Positions 9,651-18,887 of a stretch of 64,000 nt of DNA are shown here, in pieces (the stretch's first letter is position 1; each line of letters starts with the position of its first letter). A program made the position numbers and the translations under genes. Source of the stretch: Sandaracinaceae bacterium (GTDB lineage: Bacteria > Myxococcota_A > Polyangia > Polyangiales > Sandaracinaceae); NCBI GenBank assembly GCA_044220955.1, contig JBGAQA010000014.1, forward strand, positions 32,001 through 96,000, in the 5' to 3' direction. The notes beneath the pieces are model-generated. The model saw only the letters and a list, made by a program, of their open reading frames with translations, did not search any database and was not told where the DNA came from.

Positions 9651-10673
9651 GTGAGTTCTCCTCGCGTGAGCATCGGCATGTTCGCGCGGAACAGCAAGCC
9701 GCGACGGTTCTGGGCGGCGTTCGAGTCCCTGCGGTCACAGACGTTCGAGGACTTCGAGCTCGTGCTCTCGGACAATGCATCGGACGCCGAAGCGGCGAGC
9801 CTGTACCGAGCGGCTGCCGCGAGAGACAAGCGGGTGCGGCTGCATCGATTCGAGCAAAACGTCGGGGCGCTCGACAATTTCCGGTACGTGCTCGGAGCGG
9901 CGCGCGCCCCGTATTTCCTCCCCGCTGCGGACGACGACGAGCGTGCGCCCACATTCCTCGAGCGGACCGTCGCGTTGCTGGACGGCGACCGTGACGCGGT
10001 GGCCGCCGGCTCGGGAGCCTGTCTCATCGACGACGACGGGAGGTACGTGGCCCCGGCGCGAATGGAGTCGCCCTACAACGCGCTGTCACCGCGGGTGCTA
10101 CGGCTGCTCCAGCTCTCCGCGCCCAACGCCATGATCGATTTCTACGGCCTTCATCGCACGTCCGTGATCCGTTCCGTCAAGGACGACGGGTTCGACGTCC
10201 CCGAGGGGTTTCGGGGGCTCGACTGGTTGATGATGATCCAGGTCTATTTGATGGGACGCGTCCTGCGCGCCGACGGAGAGCTGTTCCGATACCACGTCAA
10301 CGTCGTGCCTCGCGCGGCCGCCGACGTCGCGGGTCATGGGGCCACGACCCCGCGCGGGCTGCCGGGGGCGCGCGAGACCGCGCTGACGATCGTCCGGAAC
10401 GTGGACCGCATGCCGGTGCTCGAGTCGAGGTCGGAGGTCGCGCTGGTTCGGGCCGTCTTGCTCTCGATGTTCACCTGGCAGGGATGGCTCGTCTCCGATC
10501 GCCTCGCCAGGACGCGACGCGACCTCGATGCGTGCGTCGGCGAGAGCGACTACCTGCGCGCCGCGTGGCTCGGTGCTCAGTACGCGGCGCTCTCGCCGAC
10601 GACCCTGCTGCGCGCAGGTCCGTGGCGGTACCTCGCGAGACGTGTTCGCGGAGGTTCAGAGCCCGTGCCGTGA
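9651..10673 (+). CDS. Glycosyltransferase family 2
   Basis: PRVSIGM, SLRSQTFEDFELVLSDNAS, NVGALDNF, YFLPAADDD. Confidence 0.85.
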   Translation: MSSPRVSIGMFARNSKPRRFWAAFESLRSQTFEDFELVLSDNASDAEAASLYRAAAARDKRVRLHRFEQNVGALDNFRYVLGAARAPYFLPAADDDERAPTFLERTVALLDGDRDAVAAGSGACLIDDDGRYVAPARMESPYNALSPRVLRLLQLSAPNAMIDFYGLHRTSVIRSVKDDGFDVPEGFRGLDWLMMIQVYLMGRVLRADGELFRYHVNVVPRAAADVAGHGATTPRGLPGARETALTIVRNVDRMPVLESRSEVALVRAVLLSMFTWQGWLVSDRLARTRRDLDACVGESDYLRAAWLGAQYAALSPTTLLRAGPWRYLARRVRGGSEPVP

Positions 10674-10702
10674 GCGTGATCGAAGGCTCGTCGCGCCGGC
10701 CA

Positions 10703-11470
10703 TCACGGCGCCTTCCACGGCGCCTTCCCGGTCGACCACAGGTGTTCCAGGTAGTGCTTGTCGCGGAGCGTGTCCATGCACTGCCAGAACCCGTGATGGC
10801 GGTAGCCGGCGAGCTGCCGCTTCGCGGCGAGCGCCTCGAGGACCTCGGCCTCGAGGCTCGTGTCGTCGCCGCGGATGTAATCGAGCACACCGGGCTCGCA
10901 GACCATGAAGCCGCCGTTGATCCAGCCCTCACCCGTCTGCGGCTTCTCGGTGAAGCTGGCCACGCGGGGGCCGTCGAACACGACGCCGCCGAAGCGGGCC
11001 GGCGGCCGAACCGCCGTCACCGTCGCGAGCAAGCGCTGCTCTCGGTGGAAGGCGATCAGCTTCGTGATGTCGATGTCCGAGACGCCGTCGCCATAGGTGA
11101 CCAGGAACGTCTCGTCGCACAGGAGGTTCCGCAGCCGACCGACCCGGCCGCCGGTGAGCGTGTTCGTCCCCGTCTCCATCAGGTGGACGGTCCAGTCCTC
11201 GCATTCCGCGTCGTGCCCGACGATCCGGCCGGTCCGCATCTCCACCGTCATGCTGCCACTCAGCGAGTGCAGGTCGAGGAAGTGGCGCTTGATGACGTGG
11301 CCCTTGTAGCCCAGCGCGATGACGAACTCGCGGATCCCGTGCGCCGCGTAGCCCTTCATGATGTGCCAGAGGATGGGCTGTCCGCCGATCTCCACCATCG
11401 GCTTCGGACGAACCTCGGTCTCCTCAGCGAGGCGCGTGCCGAGGCCACCGGCCAGGATGACTGCCTTCAC
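10703..11470 (-). CDS. rfbF: Glucose-1-phosphate cytidylyltransferase
   Basis: KAVILAGGLGTRLAEETEVRPKPMVEIG, LGYKG, TGGR, TYGDG, WINGGF, FWQCMDTLRD. Confidence 0.93.
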   Translation of the reverse strand: MKAVILAGGLGTRLAEETEVRPKPMVEIGGQPILWHIMKGYAAHGIREFVIALGYKGHVIKRHFLDLHSLSGSMTVEMRTGRIVGHDAECEDWTVHLMETGTNTLTGGRVGRLRNLLCDETFLVTYGDGVSDIDITKLIAFHREQRLLATVTAVRPPARFGGVVFDGPRVASFTEKPQTGEGWINGGFMVCEPGVLDYIRGDDTSLEAEVLEALAAKRQLAGYRHHGFWQCMDTLRDKHYLEHLWSTGKAPWKAP

Positions 11471-11570
11471 GATCCACCTCCCTGCGTCGATAGGGTGCTC
11501 GCCGCGCCGACGGCGTTCAGGCCGGCCGACGTAGCACGACCTGGGCGCCGGTTCACTGCCTCGAGCGGCC

Positions 11571-11599
11571 TGGACGGGTCGACGGGGCCGCGGTACACC
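11571..11599 (+). promoter_or_regulatory. Possible sigma70-type promoter (TGGACG-N17-TACACC)
   Basis: Exact 17-nt spacing in the divergent intergenic region upstream of the 11688 gene. The -10 is identical to the one at 36751. Confidence 0.3.
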
Positions 11600-11687
11600 G
11601 CCGTTCCTCGCGCCCGATGAACCGCCACCCGCACGCAGGCAACGGTGCTTCCGCGCCCGCGAGGGCGGACGGAAGACGGTGCGAACG

Positions 11688-12671
11688 ATGACCTTCTGGC
11701 GTGACCGACCGACCTTCGTGACGGGCGGAACGGGGCTCGTGGGGGGCTGGTTGATCCGGCGGCTGGTGGAGGCAGGCGCGGACGTCGTCTGCCTCGTGCG
11801 TGACTGGATCCCGACGAGCGAGGTCGTCCGCAGCGGCACGATCGAGCACGTCAAGGTCGTCCGAGGAGACGTCCGGGACCAGGGGACGCTGGAGCGAGCG
11901 CTCGGCGAGTACGAGATCGCGACGGTGATTCACCTCGCCGCGCAGACCATCGTCGGCATCGCGAACCGCAATCCCGTCTCGACGTTCGAGACGAACGTGC
12001 AGGGGACCTGGGCCCTGCTCGAGGCCTGCCGCCGCAGCCCGACCGTTCGGCAGATCGTGGTCGCGTCGTCCGACAAGGCCTACGGCGATCAAACCAGGCT
12101 GCCGTACGACGAAGCGACGCCGCTCGAGGGCCGACACCCGTACGACGTCAGCAAGTCTTGCGCCGATCTCCTCTCGCAGGCCTACGCCACCTCCTACGGA
12201 ACGCCCGTCTGCATCACACGCTGCGGCAACTTCTACGGTGGTGGTGATCTCAACTGGAATCGGATCGTGCCCGGGACGATCCGCTCGGTGATCCGCGGCG
12301 AGCGTCCGGTGATTCGTTCGGACGGAAAGTACGTACGCGACTACTTCTACGTCGAGGATGGCGCAGCCGCATACATGCACCTTGCCGAGCGCATGAGCGC
12401 GGATCCCACGCTACTCGGAGAGGCGTTCAACTTCTCGAACGAGCTCGAGGTGTCGGTGACCGAGATCGCGGAGCGCGTAGTGCGGGCGATGGGGTCCGAC
12501 CTGACGCTCGACGTTCGAAACGAAGCGAGCAACGAGATCAAGCGGCAGAGCCTCTCCGCGGCGAAGGCGCGTGCTCGGTTGGGTTGGTCTCCGCTCTTCG
12601 ACCTCGACGAGGGGCTTCGCCGCACCATCGCTTGGTACCGCGGGCTCCTGGCGACCGGGGCCGCGCCATGA
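11688..12671 (+). CDS. rfbG: CDP-glucose 4,6-dehydratase-like extended SDR
   Basis: [45 protein letters not shown]. Adjacent to rfbF. Confidence 0.72.
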   Translation: MTFWRDRPTFVTGGTGLVGGWLIRRLVEAGADVVCLVRDWIPTSEVVRSGTIEHVKVVRGDVRDQGTLERALGEYEIATVIHLAAQTIVGIANRNPVSTFETNVQGTWALLEACRRSPTVRQIVVASSDKAYGDQTRLPYDEATPLEGRHPYDVSKSCADLLSQAYATSYGTPVCITRCGNFYGGGDLNWNRIVPGTIRSVIRGERPVIRSDGKYVRDYFYVEDGAAAYMHLAERMSADPTLLGEAFNFSNELEVSVTEIAERVVRAMGSDLTLDVRNEASNEIKRQSLSAAKARARLGWSPLFDLDEGLRRTIAWYRGLLATGAAP

Positions 12672-13900
12672 CGACGGAGCCCTGCTGCCGTGGGTGCCAG
12701 GGCACGCCCCTGGCGACGGTGCTCGACCTCGGGGAGACGCCGCTCGCCAACTCGCTCCTGACGGAAGACGATCTGGCCGCCGTCGAGGCGCGCTTCCCGC
12801 TGGTCCTCGCGTTCTGCCCGAGGTGCGCGCTGGTGCAGATCACTCACTCGGTGCCCCCCGAGAAGCTGTTCCGCGACTACCTCTACTTCTCGTCCTTCTC
12901 GGACACCATGGTGGAGCACGCCAAGCGCGTCGCCGAGCGCCTGGTCGCCTCGCGGCGCCTCGGCCCCCAGAGCCTGGTGATCGAGATCGCGAGCAACGAC
13001 GGCTACCTGCTCCAGCACTATCTGGCCGCAGGCGTACCCGTGCTCGGTATCGAGCCGGCGTTGAACGTCGCCAAGGTCGCCATCGAGCAGCGTGGAGTCC
13101 GCACGCTCACCGAGTTCTTCGGCTCCGCGCTCGCCGATCAGCTGGCTGCGGCGAACGAGCACGCCGACGTCGTGCATTCCAACAACGTCCTGGCGCACGT
13201 CCCCGATCTGAACGGATTCATCGGCGGTGTCTCCCGATTGCTGAAGCCCGACGGTGTCTGGGTGATCGAGGCTCCGTACGTGCGCGACATGATCGAGCAC
13301 GTGGAATTCGACACAATTTACCACGAGCACCTCTGCTACTTCTCGGGGACGTCCCTCTCGCGCCTCTTCCACGGACACGGTCTCGAGCTCGTCGACGTCG
13401 AGCGCTTGCCGATCCACGGCGGGTCGCTGCGCTTGTTCGTCCAGCACCGAGGCAGCGCTACTGTGAGCGCTGCCGCACTGGCGCTGCTCGAAGAGGAGCA
13501 GCGGCTCGGGATGGACCGTCTCGAGTACTATGCGACGTTCGGCCGGGCGGTGAATGAGCTGCGCGTGCAGCTGGTGGCGTTGCTCGCGGACCTCAAGGCG
13601 CGCGGTAAGCGTATCGCCGCGTACGGCGCGTCCGCGAAGGGGAGTACTCTGCTCAACACGTTCGGGATCGGGCGCGAGACCCTCGAGTTCGCCGCCGATC
13701 GCAGCACCCACAAGCAAGGTCGCTACATGCCCGGCGTGCGTGTGCCGATCGTCCCGCCCTCGAGGCTGCTCGACGCGATGCCGGACTACACGCTGCTGCT
13801 GACGTGGAACTTCTCGGACGAGATCCTCCGTCAGCAGAAGGCGTACCGGGACGCCGGGGGGAAGTTCATCATTCCCGTGCCGGTTCCCCGCGAGGTGTGA
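12668..13900 (+). CDS. NDP-hexose C-methyltransferase (Zn-binding N-terminus, SAM domain, C-terminal domain)
   Basis: CRGC...CPRC zinc site, [51 protein letters not shown]. Confidence 0.92.
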   Translation: MTTEPCCRGCQGTPLATVLDLGETPLANSLLTEDDLAAVEARFPLVLAFCPRCALVQITHSVPPEKLFRDYLYFSSFSDTMVEHAKRVAERLVASRRLGPQSLVIEIASNDGYLLQHYLAAGVPVLGIEPALNVAKVAIEQRGVRTLTEFFGSALADQLAAANEHADVVHSNNVLAHVPDLNGFIGGVSRLLKPDGVWVIEAPYVRDMIEHVEFDTIYHEHLCYFSGTSLSRLFHGHGLELVDVERLPIHGGSLRLFVQHRGSATVSAAALALLEEEQRLGMDRLEYYATFGRAVNELRVQLVALLADLKARGKRIAAYGASAKGSTLLNTFGIGRETLEFAADRSTHKQGRYMPGVRVPIVPPSRLLDAMPDYTLLLTWNFSDEILRQQKAYRDAGGKFIIPVPVPREV

Positions 13901-13906
13901 CGCGCG

Positions 13907-15214
13907 TCAGGGTACGGTGACCGAGGCCCCGAAGCGGCCGAACGCCGCGTGCGCGCCATCGCTCCCGACGAAGAACGTGGCGCCAACGAGCGAGCCCGGG
14001 GTCCCGGTGATCGTGCCGTCGCCCGTGGTTGCGCCCGTGACCGTGATGGTTCCGGCGCTGGGTCGGACGACGAAGGTCATGGGCTGGCCGCGCGAGAACG
14101 TGAGCGAACTCGCGGCGCCCACGGTCGTGCTCCCTTGTGTGACGAGGATCACGCGGACCGTCGTCCCATCGGGCTGCAGCACGAGCTCGTTCGACGCATC
14201 GGACCCCAGCAGGGGATGGGGGAGGCCCGATTGAGTCATCTCGAGGGAGCTGCAGTCTGGCGCGTACACGATCGTGAACCCGCCCGTTGCCAGCTCGGGC
14301 GGCAGCGATGGGCCGCTGAACGCGAGCACGTCCGGTGCCCGGGTCATGGGGGAGGTCGTCGTCCGGATCACGGAGGAGGGGAACACGTCCTGCTCGAGCT
14401 GATGCAGATCCACGAAGAGACCGTAGCCCGATGGCTCGTCGAAGCTGTTCGTCGCGAACCAGGTTCCGCCCGGTCCGAATGCGCGGTCGCGTCGCGTCCA
14501 CGTGGTCGGTACCGGGCCGGACCACGCCTGGATTCGGTAGTCCGTGCGCCACTCGGAGCTTGAGCTGATGGCGCGGGCGTACGCGGAGATGCTGTGTGGG
14601 TTGGGGGCCACGCCGTTCAAGACCTGCCCCGCCGAGTACGTGTAGGGGCCGGCGGCCGTGCTGCGGTCGGCCTCCACGGCCGCGTCTGGGCCGGGCGCGG
14701 CGTCCGCCGTCACCGTCGCGGTGCCGGCAGACGACCAGACCGACGAATCCGTGATCTGACGGGACTGCAGCACGAAGTTCGTACGACTTCCTTCGATCAG
14801 AAGCATCGGACCGAGACCGTCCCCGCGGTCCTCGATCCTCCGGACGTTCGGCGGTGCCCAGGCCAGGAACGCCGTCGTGCCGTCCGTGGCCGGTCCCGTG
14901 AGGTAGCTACCCTCCGAGGCGCGACTGAAGGTGCCACCCGTGAAGAGGTCGAGTCGCGGGGAGCCGCCGGCGTCGTTCCCGCCATCGCTCCCACTGTCGG
15001 TCCCCACGTCGTCGCTGGCGTCGTCGCCCGCGTCGTCCACGATGCCCATGTCCTCGCCAGGACCTGCGTCTTCGACGCCCAGATCGAGCGCTCCGACGTC
15101 GGCCCTCGCGGCATCCCTGCCGCCGCCGAGTGCGCCGCGTGAGAGCGAGCATGCTGGGGAGCAGAAGATCAGGAAGGCCAGCACCGCCGCGGCCCCGCCG
15201 TCGCGATATCGCAT
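13907..15214 (-). CDS. Putative lipoprotein with acidic DAG linker and a phage spike/fibre-like beta domain
   Basis: Signal peptide with Cys (FLIFCSPAC), Asp/Gly-rich linker, then TFSRAS...LLIEGSRTN and a Thr/Gly-rich beta C-terminus. Confidence 0.6.
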   Translation of the reverse strand: MRYRDGGAAAVLAFLIFCSPACSLSRGALGGGRDAARADVGALDLGVEDAGPGEDMGIVDDAGDDASDDVGTDSGSDGGNDAGGSPRLDLFTGGTFSRASEGSYLTGPATDGTTAFLAWAPPNVRRIEDRGDGLGPMLLIEGSRTNFVLQSRQITDSSVWSSAGTATVTADAAPGPDAAVEADRSTAAGPYTYSAGQVLNGVAPNPHSISAYARAISSSSEWRTDYRIQAWSGPVPTTWTRRDRAFGPGGTWFATNSFDEPSGYGLFVDLHQLEQDVFPSSVIRTTTSPMTRAPDVLAFSGPSLPPELATGGFTIVYAPDCSSLEMTQSGLPHPLLGSDASNELVLQPDGTTVRVILVTQGSTTVGAASSLTFSRGQPMTFVVRPSAGTITVTGATTGDGTITGTPGSLVGATFFVGSDGAHAAFGRFGASVTVP

Positions 15215-15223
15215 GCGCGGAGC

Positions 15224-16363
15224 CTAACAGAAACGCGCATGCGTCGAGGCGTTCGAGCGCTCCAGCTCGTCGTACAGCCGTACGTAGTACTGGGCCATCG
15301 CTTCGATCGAGAACCGCACACGGAGCAGGCCGCGCATCGCGGCGATGCGGCGCGCACGTTCGGCCGGGGCGACAGACAGGGCGGCGTCGCACGCGCCCAC
15401 GAGATCCTCCACGGAGAAGTCACGCGGAACGAAGAAGCCGACGTCCTCGGTGACCAACTTCCGCGTCGTGCCGACATCCGTGACGACCGGGATGCAGCCC
15501 GCGGCCATGGCTTCGAGCAGACTCTTCGACGGGTAGTTGTTCTGGCGCTGGAGCGACAGGAACACGCTGGCGCGCTCGAGAACGCGCTGCGGGTTCGGCT
15601 CGAGCCTCGCGCTCACGTCGAGGCGCGGGTGGAGCGCGCGCAGGATCGGCGTCATCGGTGGCGCGTCGCTGTCCCGGCCCATGAAGAGGTATCGCACGCT
15701 CGTGTGACCCAGCGCTTTCAGGCGCGCGTCGATCTCGGGCAGCTGTTCGGCGAGCCGATAGATGCCCTTCTCGCGCGTGAAAGTCCCCGAGAAAGCGATG
15801 GAGCCATCGCGCACCCCGTCTTCGGCGGGCGCGAAGAGGTCGAGGTCCACGTAGCTGCCGGGGGTCACTCGGAACCGCCCGGCGAGCCATGGCAGACGCT
15901 CTGCAACCGCGTCGCGGACACGCTCGTCGAGGAAGTCGGTCCTGTGCGCCAGGGCACATCCGACGTACACCATCGACCGCCCGCGCCAGTTGTAGAGCGA
16001 GAGATCCGAGAGCGGGACCGTGAACAGCGTCCGCGAGGCGTGGAGCCGCAGTCCCAGCTGCGGCGGGAGCAGCACGAAGTGGAAGATCGCCCCCGGATCC
16101 GCTCGCGCGAGCCGCCAGACGGTCGCGACGAGCGCCCGATCGATCGTCCCGCCGCCACTCTCGAACGTGTGGATCCCCTCGCCCAGCCTTCCGACATCGG
16201 CGAGCTCTTGCGTGTTGCGAGCCCGGTCAGCGAGCCCCCGCGGACAGACGAGCTCCAGCGGCCACGCGCGTTGCCGTCGCACATGGAGAAATAGGCCCAG
16301 GAAGCGCTTCTCGGCGCCGCCGAGCGCATCCGTCGAGATCACGATGTAGGTCCGGCGTCCCAC
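15224..16363 (-). CDS. Glycosyltransferase family 4
   Basis: GGAEKR, EKG, NNYPSKSLLEAMAAG, TDVG. Real gene is the C-terminal part of the long ORF, start GTG 16363. Confidence 0.82.
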   Translation of the reverse strand: MGRRTYIVISTDALGGAEKRFLGLFLHVRRQRAWPLELVCPRGLADRARNTQELADVGRLGEGIHTFESGGGTIDRALVATVWRLARADPGAIFHFVLLPPQLGLRLHASRTLFTVPLSDLSLYNWRGRSMVYVGCALAHRTDFLDERVRDAVAERLPWLAGRFRVTPGSYVDLDLFAPAEDGVRDGSIAFSGTFTREKGIYRLAEQLPEIDARLKALGHTSVRYLFMGRDSDAPPMTPILRALHPRLDVSARLEPNPQRVLERASVFLSLQRQNNYPSKSLLEAMAAGCIPVVTDVGTTRKLVTEDVGFFVPRDFSVEDLVGACDAALSVAPAERARRIAAMRGLLRVRFSIEAMAQYYVRLYDELERSNASTHARFC

Positions 16364-16371
16364 GGGCGGGG

Positions 16372-17496
16372 TCAGCGGAGGGAGCGTCCCGTCACGCGGC
16401 TGGCGAGTCGCTTGAGCTCGAACGCAGCGTCGAGGACGAACTGGTCGGTCGCGAACGCGTCGTGCGGTCGCGGCGGCTCGCGCATGATCCGATCGAACTC
16501 CCTCTCGTCGATGCCGAACTTCTTGATCACGTACTCGCGATCGAGCTCGATCTGACGTGGGTCGTAGTGCGGGCGCGTCAGCTCTTCGAGCGCAGCTTCT
16601 CGCGTGATCTGCCGGGAGAGGATGAGCATCGAGAGGTGCAGACGGCGCTTGTCGATCCCGAACTTCGTCGGGAGGATGTAGCCTTGGTAGAAGCGTGTGA
16701 TGATCGATTCGTGGTGCTTGCCCCCATAGGCGCGCCAGCCGATCGACGCGGCCATCTCGGCGATCGCCTCTTCTTTCACGTACCGGACGTACGAGAGCAG
16801 AGGGATCGTCCGCATGCGAAGCACACGCTGCTGCAGCACGTACGAGACCGTGCTCATCTGTGGGACGGTCGAGATCGGTGTGCGCGAGTATGCGCGATGG
16901 ATCGCGCGTAGGTTCCTGAGGTCCGTCTTGCGGTGGTTCCAGGTCGGCGGGAGCGTCGTCTCGGTGCTCGTATTGTCCCCGCTCACCACCCAGCGAATGC
17001 GGAATCGGCGGGCGGTCTGCATCATTCCGGCGAGGATCGCGTGGTCCGACGCCAGCTCGAGATCGACGACCGATGCGCGGAGCAGCGAGAGTTGCAAGTC
17101 GCGGAACTGCGGCCAGTCGATGACGTGCGTGTAGAGATCGACCCCCGCGCCGCGCACCACGCTCTCGATGTTCATGACCGCGAGCTCGCTGTTCCAGCCG
17201 TTGTCGACGTGGACCGCCAGGGGGCGAAGGCCGAGGCGCTTCGCCAGCAAGACCGCGTACGAGCTGTCCACGCCGCCGCTGAGCCCGACGATGCAGTCGT
17301 AGTCGCGCCCGCGACCCTCGACCTTCATCTCCGCGACGCAGCGCTCGAGCTGGGCGTCCGGTGAATGCTCGGCGCTCCTCGCGGCGCGGGCCCGCTCGTC
17401 GAAGCGCCGGCAGTAGCGGCACTCTCCGTGCGCGTCGAGGTCGAGGTCGGGCGCGCTCGTATCCATGACGCAGCGGACGCAGCAGAGGCGGCTCAT
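16372..17496 (-). CDS. N-acetyl sugar amidotransferase (WbpG-like, PP-loop)
   Basis: CVRCVMD...CRYC, YDCIVGLSGGVDSS, DNGWNSELA, YGGKHHES, KFGIDKR. Confidence 0.9.
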   Translation of the reverse strand: MSRLCCVRCVMDTSAPDLDLDAHGECRYCRRFDERARAARSAEHSPDAQLERCVAEMKVEGRGRDYDCIVGLSGGVDSSYAVLLAKRLGLRPLAVHVDNGWNSELAVMNIESVVRGAGVDLYTHVIDWPQFRDLQLSLLRASVVDLELASDHAILAGMMQTARRFRIRWVVSGDNTSTETTLPPTWNHRKTDLRNLRAIHRAYSRTPISTVPQMSTVSYVLQQRVLRMRTIPLLSYVRYVKEEAIAEMAASIGWRAYGGKHHESIITRFYQGYILPTKFGIDKRRLHLSMLILSRQITREAALEELTRPHYDPRQIELDREYVIKKFGIDEREFDRIMREPPRPHDAFATDQFVLDAAFELKRLASRVTGRSLR

Positions 17497-18263
17497 CGCA
17501 GCGACTCCGCGATCTCCCGGCGCTCGCCGGGCTGCAGGTAGCTGACGAGCACGGCACGGTGCGGACCGTACCAGACGAAGCGCCCACCGACGGCGACGCC
17601 CGAGAGCCCGCCCTGGCGCATCGCCTCGACCATGTCGTGCGTCGCGTTCGCGCCCCCCGCGAGCACCACCGGCACGGGCACCGCGTTTCGCAGGCGGCTC
17701 GCGAGGTCCAGGTCCATGCCTGCTCGCGTGCCATCACGATCGACGGATTGCACGAGGATCTCGCCGGCGCCCGCGCGGGCGAGCGCGGATGCCCAGCGTA
17801 CGGGGTCACGCTCCGGGACGGGTGCGCCGACGTGCGAGTGCACGCGGGCGCGGCCCAGGAGATCCCGCCGCACATCGACGACGCCCATCACGCACTGCGC
17901 TCCGAAACGATCGGACAGGCGGCGGACGGAGCCCAGATCGCGCAGGGCTGCCGTGTTGACGGCGAGCTTCTCGATCCCGAGGCGCAGGAGCTGCCGCGCG
18001 TGGTCTACATCACGTACGGCACCGCCGTAGCAGACGGGCATGAACGCTTCGGAGACGATCTTCTCGAGGAAGGCGAGTCGCGGCGCGCGCCGCTCGCGCG
18101 AGGCGAGGATGTCGAAGATGACGATCTCGTCGACCTCTTTCTCGTTGAAGATGCGGACCACGTTGATCGGGTCGCCGACGTAGGTCGGAGTGGCGAAGCG
18201 CGTGGTCTTGACGAGCCCCTCGCCACGGAGGAGCAGGCACGGGATCACGCGCCTAGCCTGCAT
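17493..18263 (-). CDS. hisF: HisF-like cyclase subunit, glycan-associated paralog (HisF2/AglZ type)
   Basis: RVIPCLLL, YVGDPIN, FNEKEVDE, FMPVCYGG, GAGEI, DRDGT. Lies in a sugar cluster, not a his operon. Confidence 0.88.
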   Translation of the reverse strand: MQARRVIPCLLLRGEGLVKTTRFATPTYVGDPINVVRIFNEKEVDEIVIFDILASRERRAPRLAFLEKIVSEAFMPVCYGGAVRDVDHARQLLRLGIEKLAVNTAALRDLGSVRRLSDRFGAQCVMGVVDVRRDLLGRARVHSHVGAPVPERDPVRWASALARAGAGEILVQSVDRDGTRAGMDLDLASRLRNAVPVPVVLAGGANATHDMVEAMRQGGLSGVAVGGRFVWYGPHRAVLVSYLQPGERREIAESLR

Positions 18264-18885
18264 CGGTCACCACGTCGGCGAAGTTGCGGAGGATCGTCAT
18301 CCCGTGCCGGTGGCTCTTCTCCGGATGGAACTGCGTTCCATAGAGGTTCCCCGCGTGCACCGCCGCCGCGAATCGCACGCCATATCGACACCACGCGGCC
18401 ACGTCCGCGTCGCGATCGCACACGAGGTGGTACGAATGGACGAAGTAGAAGCGGGCCGGTTCGGTCGCGCGGCCCATCAGCACATCGTCCGTGATCTCGA
18501 CCTCGTTCCAGCCCATGTGCGGGATGGGCAGCGACGCGTCTGGCGGGAGGCGGAACCGGCGGACGTCCGCGTCCAACCAGCCGAGGCCGCGCTCGGCGCC
18601 TTCTTCGCTCTGGCGGGCCATGAGCTGTACCCCGAGGCAGATGCCGAGCACGGGTCGGCGGCGCTCGCGCACCAGGTCCGTCAACAAAGCCACGAGTCCC
18701 CGAGCGCGGAGGTTGCGCATGCCCTCGTCGAAGTGACCGACCCCCGGGAGGACGAGACCGCGTGCGTCGGAGAGCTCCCGTCGATCGCAGCTGATGCGTG
18801 CGCGAACGCCGACGCGCCGGAACATGTTTGCGACCGACCCGAGGTTGCCGAGCCCGTAGTCCACGATCGCGATGTCGGCCGTCAC
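18253..18885 (-). CDS. hisH: HisH-like class I glutamine amidotransferase (HisH2)
   Basis: DYGLGNLGSV, LPGVGHF, LGICLG (catalytic Cys), PHMGWN, YFVHSY, QFHPEKS. Confidence 0.9.
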   Translation of the reverse strand: MTADIAIVDYGLGNLGSVANMFRRVGVRARISCDRRELSDARGLVLPGVGHFDEGMRNLRARGLVALLTDLVRERRRPVLGICLGVQLMARQSEEGAERGLGWLDADVRRFRLPPDASLPIPHMGWNEVEITDDVLMGRATEPARFYFVHSYHLVCDRDADVAAWCRYGVRFAAAVHAGNLYGTQFHPEKSHRHGMTILRNFADVVTDAG

Positions 18886-18887
18886 CG

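Noticed and set aside
13907..15214. Prophage remnant
   Set aside because: Only one phage-like domain, carried on an intact gene with a host-type signal and linker. No other phage genes flank it.
17493..18885. hisF/hisH as part of histidine biosynthesis
   Set aside because: No other his genes are present, and they are coupled to an N-acetyl sugar amidotransferase, which fits the glycan-modifying paralogs.
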